This document shows positions 26,481 through 37,239 of a DNA stretch of 64,000 bases, piece by piece. Position numbers and translations under genes: made by a program. A model generated the notes under the pieces. It was given only the letters and a program-made list of their open reading frames with translations, made no database searches and had not been told where the DNA came from. Position 1 is the stretch's first letter. Each line of letters opens with the position of its first letter. This DNA is from Lingula anatina (taxonomy: Eukaryota; Animalia; Brachiopoda): the NCBI GenBank assembly GCA_051362555.1, contig CM120640.1:55096788-55160787 (forward strand), read 5' to 3'.

Positions 26481-26596
26481 AAAATTCTCCAGCTACCTCA
26501 AAACTTGGTGAAAAGTAGTGAATTTATTTCATTCTTTGAACCATGGAGTACAGATTTGCCTCAGCCAGACACAAAAGTATGCAAGGCATCAGAAAG
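26481..26596 (+). CDS. PX-SH3-SH2 adaptor exon 5 (PX end)
   Basis: KILQLPQNLVKSSEFISFFEPWSTDLPQP, compare ALVRLPPHISQCDEVFRFFE. Phase 0-2. Confidence 0.87.
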
Positions 26597-26645
26597 GTAA
26601 GGATTTGCAATGAAAACATGATGAATGATTGGGTTTTTCACTTCT

Positions 26646-26649
<4 letters not shown>

Positions 26650-26697
<48 letters not shown>
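26650..26697. repeat. (CT)n microsatellite
   Basis: Seen directly. Confidence 0.95.
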
Positions 26698-26700
<3 letters not shown>

Positions 26701-27971
26701 ATTTGACTTAAGTCATTTTAAGGAAAATATTAAATGTGAGCATTGTGAAATTTCATTATTTTCTTACTACATTTGATGTCTGAAGAAATGTAAACATCTG
26801 CACGTCCACGATACTAGGTAACTGCAATGGGACATGGGCATCAAAATTTCAACATGGGGCAGATGTTGTGAGCATGCTTTCCGCTTAGAATATGCATCAT
26901 ATTGTGCTTTATATTAATAAATTTTGGAAAATGTAAACTCATGTAAAAGTTATCAGGGAAGAGTACACTTAACTTCACAGAGTTGGGCAAGCGTGCTGCA
27001 ATCCTGATTTGGTGGTTAAACAGCAATGGTATGAAATGGCTTTTTATGCATTGCATGATGAAAAGTGGGAACTGGATGTAGCTAATTTATTAAGTCTCAT
27101 TTAATAGTCATGTGACCAGGTCATTAAATCATCATTGTAAATTTCCACTATGTACACTAGGTCCCTGGGTCAAATCTGAATGGGGAAATGAAACCACACG
27201 TACCCTAGCTGTGGTTTCATTGGTCGGCATCATTTCCATTTTCAACCATCGTTTCCATTTTCAACTTCAGTACAAAGTATTATCTCCCATGCTCATGAAC
27301 TATACAAATCATCCAATTTTGGGATTTAAATGCCTGAAATACACTCTTCTTTTCATAAAACAACACGGCTTAAAAAATCCAGTCATCTCACCATGTATCA
27401 TGACCCACTCCTGTTTTCTTTACCCATCAAAACTTGTGAATTTTTTGTATTTCTTTGTATTTGTGCAATAAATGATCCCTGAGATGACCAAAAAAACATG
27501 ACAATACTTTTCTGAGAGCTTTCTTTATCATAATGTATAGCTGCAAAATAGGTATGTCTGTGTCCCACATTTAAGCTCTGTTTGAGTCTTATTTTTGGCT
27601 ACGAATTAAAAAGTTTAAATACACAGCAATATTTGGAAACATAAAATTGTTTGCTATAACAAGACAAATCCATCCCCTTTCATATGAAAGCACCCCCATT
27701 GTAATCCAACACATAGGAATCCTTTGTGACAGACTTTCAAAGATGATAACCCATTGTTGTTACTCAGTATCATGGACGTGCATATATATATATATATAAT
27801 GACATATGTGAAAATGTTTTTTGGCAAAGGGTAACAATATCCTTAATACAAGTAGCACATTCATTATAATTAACTTATATGCGTGTATATAGTACTACCA
27901 AAAAAAAGAAAAATGAAAAATGAACACTTCAGATCTTAATGTGTAATTTTTAGTTCCTATTTTCTCCATAG

Positions 27972-28225
27972 AACATCTCAGTACTCACCATCCAAAAGAA
28001 ATTCTGATCATGAAGACCACAAGGAGCGTGCCTCTCTCCCCCCTGTTTCAACTGATTTTCACAGCCATGTAAATGACCGTCCAGTCACAGTTATGTCCCC
28101 ATCATCACATGACCAAGGGGACACTCAACTGTACAAGGCAGTGATGGTGTATAACAAGAGGAAAGCAGGGGAAGTAAACCTCACAGATGGAGATGTGGTC
28201 ACAGTCTTAGAAAAATGTCCTTCAG
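27972..28225 (+). CDS. PX-SH3-SH2 adaptor exon 6 (linker plus SH3-1 N-half)
   Basis: ...QLYKAVMVYNKRKAGEVNLTDGDVVTVLEKCPS. Phase 2-1. Confidence 0.9.
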
Positions 28226-28875
28226 GTGTGTATAAAGTGGATCTGTTAAACAAGCTTATGCAGGTAGCATCACTTGTCATATCATGTCACAGTTTGAAAC
28301 TTTCCCTTCTTCAGTTTTGACTCAAAGATCAATTTCAAATAACTTTTTTTTGTGATCTGTTGTTAAAATATTTTATGAGCTTATGTCTTACACCATGGGG
28401 AAAATATTTGAGGAAAGCATTGCATTTTCAAGATTACAGTATTCTGTATATATATTTGAAAATGTCCCAAAGGCATATACTGCATTTCTATGTTTAAATA
28501 TCCTGAAATAATCTCCCAGTTTATCTTTCCCAATTCAGACCTTTAAAAAATGATAATTCCCTTAAAATAAAAGCAGCTGATATTGATGTAATTACCTTCT
28601 GAAATGGCAAGGAGATGGCTGACCTCATTATTCATTTAGAATCAAGTTATTTGATTAGAAATTGTACAAAACATCAAATCCAAGTGCAGGGACAGGTTGA
28701 GCAGTGATTCATGAATGGGGAAAAATGCTTTTTTCTTGAGAAAAATTAGATTGAAGACAAACTTCAATTTCCCAGCACCACTCCAGGGCAAGGAAGAAGA
28801 ACCTCATGGATAGAGTAGGGTGGTTTTCTTCATTTATGTATACGTATGTTTCAAGTTTTTTTGTGTCCATCACAG

Positions 28876-28986
28876 GTTGGTGGTTTGTCCACTTGGAGAG
28901 AAGTGACCAGGAAGGCTGGGCTCCCGGAGCTTTCCTAGAACCACTCCAGGGCAAGGAAGAGGAACCTCAAGCAGAAGACAAACCAA
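28876..28986 (+). CDS. PX-SH3-SH2 adaptor exon 7 (SH3-1 C-half)
   Basis: GWWFVHLERSDQEGWAPGAFLEPL, compare p47phox GWWFC..RGWIPASFLEPL. Phase 1-1. Confidence 0.92.
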
Positions 28987-29183
28987 GTATGTGGCTGTTA
29001 AGATGATGTGCTTGCTTGTAAAATAAAGACAATTTGCTTTCATTTAATTTAAAAGAAGATAGAAATGATCTACTTTTACTATAATTGTAAAGCATTCAAG
29101 TTGAAAGAGGAATATGCATAAATCTTTGTTTGAAAATGTAAGCCATTATATGTAATATATATACCACATACTTTGAATTTTAG

Positions 29184-29301
29184 TTGGGAGATGTGTAACC
29201 CTGTGTGATTATATTGGAGATGGAGAAGATGAAGTGTCTTACAAGAAAGGAGAGATAGTGGAAGTGATAGAAACCAGTATGGATGGATGGTGGAAAGTCA
29301 G
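29184..29301 (+). CDS. PX-SH3-SH2 adaptor exon 8 (SH3-2 N-part)
   Basis: CVTLCDYIGDGEDEVSYKKGEIVEVIETSMDGWWKV. Phase 1-2. Confidence 0.92.
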
Positions 29302-29507
29302 GTAGATTGAAATATAATATCATACATTCATTTGGGAAATTACTAGAATTTTAAAATAAATACTGAATAAATAATGTATAAAAATGATTGTAAAAGGATC
29401 TTCTTGTTGTAATTCAGTCCCAAACCAATGTCTGCTTTTGTATTAAATTCATTTCAAAACCTTGGAGACAACAATATCTTAAAAAGATAAAAAAAAACAT
29501 CCACATG

Positions 29508-29509
<2 letters not shown>

Positions 29510-29558
<49 letters not shown>

Positions 29559-29561
29559 TGC
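29510..29561. repeat. (GT)n(GCGT)n microsatellite
   Basis: Seen directly. Confidence 0.9.
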
Positions 29562-29647
29562 ATGTTCAGATTCAAACTGAATTACATCAAAATATCATAC
29601 TGGCAACACCAGATGACCACTCAACATTGAATTTAGATTTAGAGTTA

Positions 29648-30194
29648 GAGCGCATTCTCAACGAATTAAGCCAGGCTTTACAAAGCCGGTGACCTAAAAA
29701 TGGCGGACGTACATGAAAGAAAAACCGCCTAATCTTTTAATAGTCTCTCCGCCTCTCACACGCCTCCCCACACGTCGTCCCTGCGGGGTACAGTAATTAA
29801 ATCTCGGCTCCGAACATTAATATTTCCGTGAATATCTCTGGTGATATTATCTCCTTAGATAGTCGATTCATTGCTGCTCTACGGGCCAAATTATTCCTTT
29901 TTCGTCTCTGTTTTCAAAGATAATAGAACAGAAGAGCTTTTTTTTTTTCGATCGCCTTCAGCCGCTATGCCTTCTTCACCACGAGTTTAACTGATGAGCA
30001 TGCGCACTTAATATTTCTCAGGTAGCTTCCGCATGGCGAACGGAGCCGAGATTTAATTACTGTACCCCGCAGGGACGACGTGTGGGGAGGCGGAGAGACT
30101 ATTAAAAGATTAGGCGGTTTTTCTTTCATGTACGTCCGCCATTTTTAGGTCACCGGCTTTGTAAAGCCTGGCTTAATTCGTTGAGAATGCGCTC
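29648..30194. mobile_element. Young MITE with ~155-bp near-perfect terminal inverted repeats and TTA TSD (PIF/Harbinger-type)
   Basis: Arms 29648-29812 and 30041-30194 are reverse complements apart from an 11-nt insertion in the left arm. TTA at 29645-29647 and 30195-30197. Confidence 0.9.
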
Positions 30195-31380
30195 TTACAG
30201 TGGTACCCCTAGTGACACCTTGACTCATCTTATTATCCATAGATATGAGTAGGGTCATTTTCTTTATATTCTGTTTTCAATGTTTCTTAAATCTGTCTAT
30301 GTGAGTATCTCTCTGTGCATTCTCTCTAGGAGGCGTGTGTTGCCTTCCTGTCCTCGTACAGGCAGGCAATGTGGGTAAGAACACTGGTGCATGTGTTGTT
30401 TGGGCATGAGGTTTAAGTGTATGGCATTTTGTATTACTAGTACACACATACAACAGAGCATGCCATTCTCTTTAAGAAAATTATGTTAAATCACAGAGAC
30501 CTGTCTTGGTAATTGGGTGGTTCATTAGACTGTTGTCACTGTGTCAGAATAATTCAGTATCATAGGAGAGCATTTATTCTGTGGTGTGTATGATAAGTGA
30601 TAATTATTACAAATAGCCTGATTAATGCTTGTTGTACTTCTTGGAAGCTACTGAGTTCTCACTTTTGTCTGTCACATTCTTGATGAATGAAATAGAAAGT
30701 TTCTCTTTCCCTTGTGCTTTCAAATTTGTCATGTTTACTCACAACACTTTTTAATGTGTAAGAAGACAGTGTGAAGCATTTTTGCTATCACTTTTTGTCA
30801 CCAGAATTTTAAGGGGTTGAGGCTGACATAGGACAGTTAATATAAAAATAGAAGGAAAATTTAGAGCACAAAGAGAAGCAAAACAGAGCATGACTTTCTG
30901 TGTATGCCCTCCCCACTCTCCCCCTGCCCTTAAGTTGAGTATTTTGCAGTCTTTTGACTACCAGTGACAGTAGGAGACTCAAGTAAAAATACATGAGAAG
31001 TCTCAGTTAGCTGTGCCATTAAATTGCACAGTTAATTTTATTTTTGTATAATTTTGTACGTAGTAATTGCATACAAAATCCAAATGCTACTAACATGTTT
31101 ACTAAGTTGTTCATGCAAATTTTGCATGCATTATAAACTTATGGTAAAAACTTGAAAATTTTGTCTTAATTTATAAATATTTTAAATTGTGTGAACCTGA
31201 CAAATTTTTGAAAATAATGTTTCCCTGATTCCTGGGTATGACACAGTTTTGTCCTTAGCGGCTTTTATCCTTGTTCCTTGTATATTGTGGGATATTTATC
31301 ACTCCTTCCAATATCACTTTCATGTGGTGAATAATAATCTATTTATAAGTGCATATCAGTTTCATTATATTAACTTACAA

Positions 31381-31585
31381 CCTCGTCTCACTTGCATTGC
31401 AAACGATCTCCCGCTGAAGACATGAAAATTTCCTTCTCATCACGCTCAGATCGCAAACAATCTTCCACTGACCATCTTTCATGAACAAAGTCTCTAAATC
31501 CCTTGAAGGAATGGGAAAATTGCCTTCTCATCTCACTTGCATCAGGAATGATCTCCTGCTGAAGATATTAAAAATACCTTCTCGC
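31381..31585. repeat. Degenerate ~50-55 bp tandem repeat (3-4 units)
   Basis: Recurring ccttctcatctcacttgcat...gatctcc.gctgaaga units. Confidence 0.55.
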
Positions 31586-33168
31586 TGTCAGGTGTCATGC
31601 ATATGAAGGTCTTGGAAGTGTCCACTTTCATAATTTGGTGGTGAGTTTGCTCAGACTTCATTTTGGGCCTACACCTGTTTTGTACCAAATGAAGTTCACT
31701 AGGTAATTGAATAGCGCAATGAACATAAATAGAAGTGACGGGTATATTTCCCTTCGAGATAATATCTTGATATTTTCATTGTGTCTTCCTCATTTAGGAC
31801 AGCCATCGATAACAGTGAAAGCGTTACAACTGACAAAGAGTCACAACATGTAACTTCTATTTACCGGCTTGAAAACCCACCTTATGCAAACCATATGTAT
31901 ATAAGCTGGTAGGCCCCTAATAGTAATGACATAAAAGACAAATGGCCAATCTTCCTGCAGTTGATGACCAGAATCCACATTTAAACCATCTATATCATAA
32001 GTAGCCACTCTCAGGGAGAACCATTGTTCCTATCTCCCATTGAGTGTTATTGACAATGATATCCTGATCATTTTATTGTCTTGAATCAACTGACACATTA
32101 CCTTTATGTTTGAGCTGGACAACGCAGTCAAATAAGGTGACAAACTTTTCAAAATTATCAAGAGGCCCATTTACAAGTTCGATGAAATTTTCAAAGTGAA
32201 AAAAATTACGTCAGCAGTAAATGGTCTTCTAGCGAAACTTTTAAGACCGAGGAAATTTTCAAGTTTTTACCGTAGGATTAACTTACAATTCTAATTATTT
32301 TAATTTTTCTTAGCTTTAGGTTAAAAGTAGATAATATGTCATTGTTTTTTATTTGTTTTAATGGCATTTACATTTTTGCTTGAGCCATTCCATTTAAACT
32401 TAAATAAGATGAGACATTTATATAGATAAAGGCTTGCTTTGTTAACTCAAAAATGTTTTGTTTCTTACCAAGGAGAAGAGTAAAAGCTACTTAAAAATAA
32501 TATTGTCTGAAAAATTATTTGTATATCCATACTGTGATTAAGTGCAATTTCTTTCTTTCTACTTGGCAAAGTGTGGTGTCTTGGTATTGATGCATGTGCT
32601 GTTCAATAATTCATTTATGTTATATTCATTTTTTTTTTATGTCAAGCACTCACACACATTATGATAACATTGTTACTGTTGGATAACACTGCATTTCATG
32701 TGCATTTCAGTTATTATCACTTAATACACAGATATATGTACTTATGTGTGTCTGAAATCTATCAAACTCATATCAGTATCATATGATTATTATGGGCAGA
32801 AAGTATTTGCAATCTTATTCTCTGCAAACTTTTTAAAATCAGATTCCTGAATTATTTGGTCTGTGGAATGTATTTTCATGACTAGATGTAGTTCCATTTG
32901 GAGATCTCATATGTACATTTAACTTAAGTAATATTAGGTGTAAAACACCTGAAAACTATTGCTAATAAAATGCACTGACAGCTATAGCATATTTTACGGT
33001 AGAGGAAAAATTGATATGCTCTAAACTGTGAGTGCAATGATAAAGGCTTGCCAGTTGTGTGACCAATATCAGGAGTTTAGTATAAATTGCCCTGGTTCAT
33101 GCTACCTTTTCTCTTCACTTCTGGCATTGTCAGTGTTTTTTTAAGTTTATTTGTCTTCTTCCTCCTAG

Positions 33169-33253
33169 AACTGTTCATGGTGAAGTGGGTGTCACTCCTG
33201 CCATCTATCTCCAAAACTTGGATAAGGAAGAAAAACAAACAGATAAGGAAAAA
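33169..33253 (+). CDS. PX-SH3-SH2 adaptor exon 9 (SH3-2 end)
   Basis: TVHGEVGVTPAIYLQNL completes the SH3 (GxxPxxYL). Phase 2-0. Confidence 0.9.
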
Positions 33254-33626
33254 GTAAGTTGGTCAAACAGTATTAACAAATAAAAAATTTTGCATGCTTG
33301 TACTTATAAAAATATTTGAACATGAACATGAACATGGCAGACTTAACTGCATTTGTATTTCATTTTATTTTTATTTTTCTTGTTATTTTTGATTGTTTAA
33401 TATGCATTTGATTCTAATAAATTAATTTTCTGTATTATTTCATTATTTTTTATTTTTCTCAGTATCTGATAGTAAGTCAAATTAAATATTTCTTTTTGCA
33501 CAGCACACAATATGTTTAAACTGGTTTGTTGTTATAAAGATTATCTTTATATTAGGCTATAAATGACATATCTATGATATTTCATATCATTTATATGTAC
33601 AGCACAATATGGAATTTGCCTTTCAG

Positions 33627-33697
33627 GCTATTTACTCATTGCTGAAAGAAAGTCACCACCAACACTCCATTTATGGTCGTCAGCCACCTCCAAGGCG
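33627..33697 (+). CDS. PX-SH3-SH2 adaptor exon 10 (autoinhibitory-like PPPRR)
   Basis: AIYSLLKESHHQHSIYGRQPPPRR. Phase 0-2. Confidence 0.85.
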
Positions 33698-34188
33698 GTA
33701 AGTTCTACTGAATTATACATCCATATTTCCTGCAAAGTCTGTAGCATACCAGTACCTTATGAATGGTCTGTAACATTATGGTATTTGAAAACCAGTTAAA
33801 ATATAGATTGTAGAACCTGTGACCATTAATATCATGTTACATTTGATATCTGGAAGGTGGAAATGGAAGAGGTGAGTAAGAGTAGTTTTGGGCTTTTAGT
33901 ATTTAGTTATAAACAGTGTGTCTGGTTTTGTAAAAACAATGAGGTGTAGTATATTTTTGAAGTTAACATGAATAATGTATGATCCTGACCAGTCAGTCTG
34001 CCAGCATATTGTAATACAAAAAAAGGAGTCAAATTTTTTGTATTGTCATGGATATATTGTCATGGATACATTTTTGATTACCAAGTGAAAAGTGCATTGT
34101 AAGGTTGTTGTAAAATTCAATTTTTGTTACTAATGAATCAAACAATAAGGTAAATTACTTTAAATTGTTGCACATTTGAATGTTGTAG

Positions 34189-34413
34189 GACATCATCTAA
34201 GTCAATCCTATCTCAGGCCAGTGTTTCAAGTAAAGATAGTGATTTGTATGCCATTCCTGACAAGTCAAAAAAGACAGACATTAGTGTGAGTCAGAATCCA
34301 CCAGGTGACAGCAGCAGTCCAGAAAAGTCAAGCTCACAAGACAGTATGAACAGAGACGCACTTAATTACACCACCATTAATTTTGATGAAAAGAAAAATA
34401 GCAAAGAACAGGG
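34189..34413 (+). CDS. PX-SH3-SH2 adaptor exon 11
   Basis: TSSKSIL...DLYAIPDK...ALNYTTINF. 225 nt open, phase 2-2. Confidence 0.85.
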
Positions 34414-34918
34414 GTAAGGAGGTATTATTTAAATGTATTGCTTAAGTACAGGGAAGAGGACAAAATAAAAGTTAGCTTATTCTGTAATTTTGTGTAAAAT
34501 TCTATCATCATTTCAATGAAAACCCTTCTACATGTAGTTTTAATTTATATGTTGTTAGAATATTACTTGCTATAATTTTACGGTTCCTTTTTTTTTATAT
34601 TGAAACAATCAATAGTATGTCATGCTTTGTAAATTATCATTATCAAAATCAGATTTTATTTTCAATTCAGTCAAAATTCCAAGGTGCTGCCCTTGGTTTT
34701 TCTAATGTAATGTGCTTGGCAGAAAACACAACAGTTTTTCCCATTCACCTTACTGCATATCCAACTTTTTATATCCAACTCTTGCAACAAGGGGAAGGGA
34801 GAGGTCATTTGGTCACTAACATTGCTAAAACAGCACACTGTTGCCCTGTGATATCATAATATAAATAATGGCATATTGAAAATCCAAGATAAAAGATTGT
34901 ACTTTATTTTTTATTTAG

Positions 34919-35048
34919 GAAGTCAAAGCTAGTCATCATAGGAGAGCCAGGGGTAGCATATGCAGAAATTATTCCAAAAGCGTTACCTCCAAAAAAACAT
35001 GCAAAAGACAAAGGGCCAACTGTTAACTATGAAAACCAAGATATCCAG
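34919..35048 (+). CDS. PX-SH3-SH2 adaptor exon 12
   Basis: KSKLVIIGEPGVAYAEIIPKALPPKK..VNYENQDIQ. Phase 2-0. Confidence 0.83.
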
Positions 35049-35277
35049 GTAGAGAAATGTGTGAATTCGGTTTCTGCTCTGTCATTGTAGTTTATATTAA
35101 CATTTAATTCTGTTCTTGTAGAAGGACATGTCTTTAAATGCATTGTATCAACAAGAAGCATGTAATAACAGAAAAAAGTAGACTTTGTAGATGAATGATG
35201 GCTCATTTATCCCTATGAGCAATATACCCCGGTATACTACAGGAACACATAGCAGAAACTGATATTTATTTTCTCAG

Positions 35278-35478
35278 CCAAAAGCCAGGACTCCCTCTCC
35301 AATAGCAGTGACTTCTCCTCAACCTATTTCCCATGGAGCAGTGAAACAACAAAAGACATCAGAACCAAAGGATCCCAAAAAGCAGGTTTCTGACCACACC
35401 TATATGAACGTTGTGAAAGATGCTGGGAAACATAGCTATGAGAATATTGAGGTATCTTCATTGAGACCAGAGGAAGAG
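35278..35478 (+). CDS. PX-SH3-SH2 adaptor exon 13 (alternative in-frame donor at 35451)
   Basis: PKARTPSP...HTYMNV..HSYENIE. Phase 0-0 with either donor. Confidence 0.8.
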
Positions 35479-35784
35479 GTAAAAATACAAATATTGTTGT
35501 AAGATGAATAAGAGCAGATATTTTTCTCAAACTAGTTCAAAGCAGTAATGAAGAGGTGTCAAATCTTAAATTTTCATAACATTTCTTCATTTTCTAGTGT
35601 TGACTTGGTTTAAAAATCAGAATTTCTTCAAACAGTGAATATTTTCTCATGGACTTGAAATAAACTCTTTTTCAATAAAAGTGTTATAAGTTTTTTTCTC
35701 CTTTTTTTTTGATCATTGTAAAGCATTTTTTCTTTGATTTCTACCAATATATGTGTTGTTTAAATAATTTTGCTTTCATTTTAG

Positions 35785-35877
35785 CTAAGAAAGAAACTCT
35801 GCCATGTAAGTATAGACTATACTCCAGAAATGTCACATCAGCAAGGATTAGCAGTGAAAGCTGGAGATACAGTGCAG
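35785..35877 (+). CDS. PX-SH3-SH2 adaptor exon 14 (divergent SH3-3 N-half)
   Basis: LRKKLCHVSIDYTPEMSHQQGLAVKAGDTVQ. Phase 0-0. Confidence 0.8.
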
Positions 35878-36167
35878 GTAACAAATATATCTGTCTCAGA
35901 TTTTTAAATAAGAAATTTAGTTGCTCAGTTTTTAATGAGAAATTAAGTAGCCATTTCTACTGAAATTTATGTAGGAGCAAAGGCTGGCTATAGTGTTATC
36001 TTAATATTAATAATTTATTCAGTAAAACTGCAACCAGTTTGTTGAAGTTTTACAATGTTAATAGAAAAATAAAACTAAATCTTATACATACTTGAGGTAG
36101 TAAAGTTATTTATGGTTTATTGGTAGAATACAAAGATCACAGATCTCTATGTCTCTCTGTATTGCAG

Positions 36168-36279
36168 GTTGAAAGACAGGAATCTTCCTTCAGTTACTGC
36201 CTGTTACAAGACAAGGAAAAGGGATGTATAGTTGCAGAGGGATGGTTGCCCTCTGATATACTTGACTGGAGAGAAGCAG
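36168..36279 (+). CDS. PX-SH3-SH2 adaptor exon 15 (divergent SH3-3 C-half)
   Basis: VERQESSFSYCLL...AEGWLPSDIL. Phase 0-1. Confidence 0.82.
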
Positions 36280-36651
36280 GTAATAATATATGAGAACATC
36301 TGACAAATCTAGGCTGAAAGAGAAATGGCTTTAGTATTTTACTAACAGAGGCTTCAGTGTTGTGCTATTGGTGTCAGGTTGACATATGTTCACAATATTC
36401 GATAAGAATTTGTTGTAATGTGCTCTTTCCTGTATCATGACCTGCTGTGACCTGCTATCATGGTGATAGGAGTTCAGATGAATGTTCAGATAAGTTTATG
36501 AAATCCTTTTTTGTTGCTTTTTTAGTTTATAAAGAGTTATCAGACATTTCCTTTCATGTTTTTATTGCTCTTCATTTAAGTTGCAACTATTTATTGCCTG
36601 TTGATGTAAGTTATTAATTCTCCCACATGTATATATTTTTTGCCAAAATAG

Positions 36652-36777
36652 GTGCTTCTCCTTTACCCACTACCCCAGTATCCCCCATTGTTCCTTCCAT
36701 CCGAGAGCCTGTAGGGTCACCACCAGTAAGGAAAGGGTTACTGGCTAGGGGAACAGGCAGCTCAGATGACGAGAGAG
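36652..36777 (+). CDS. PX-SH3-SH2 adaptor exon 16 (Pro-rich)
   Basis: ASPLPTTPVSPIVPSIREPVGSPPVRK. Phase 1-1. Confidence 0.8.
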
Positions 36778-37123
36778 GTTGGTTTGTCATGGTCAACAGT
36801 CTTGTGGCATTGTTGAAAAGAATATAATTGGTCAGATAAACATGTGGCTTTTCGCTGTTAAATGAACACAGGGCATGATCAGCTAACAATTAGTAATATT
36901 CCTAGGCAGAATTTTTACATGTTATGAGATAAGAGCAATTTTTAAATTCAAGCATAAGAGATATTGCCTATTATTTGTATACAATTAGTTAAAATATAAG
37001 TGTATTTATCATCATGTTGTATTATAGGTTAACTTAAAGATTATTTTGTCTCTTGCATTTTGAACCAAATTTTTGAACTGAGAAGATTTCTCATTCATAT
37101 TTTAAGTATCTTTTTGCTTTCAG

Positions 37124-37239
37124 ACCTTATACCCAAACCAGAACTTCTCGAGAAGAGAAGGTCTTCAGCCAACCCCCCTCCCATGCCCCTCCACCCCTCC
37201 CCTAAACTATTGTCTGTGGACCAACCACAAATTGAAAAG
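37124..37239 (+). CDS. PX-SH3-SH2 adaptor exon 17 (Pro-rich)
   Basis: LIPKPELLEKRRSSANPPPMPLHPSPK. Phase 1-0. Confidence 0.82.

Noticed and set aside
31381-31585. Repeat-spacer-like pattern (CRISPR-like)
   Set aside because: Units are degenerate tandem copies without unique spacers, in a eukaryotic intron with no cas genes.
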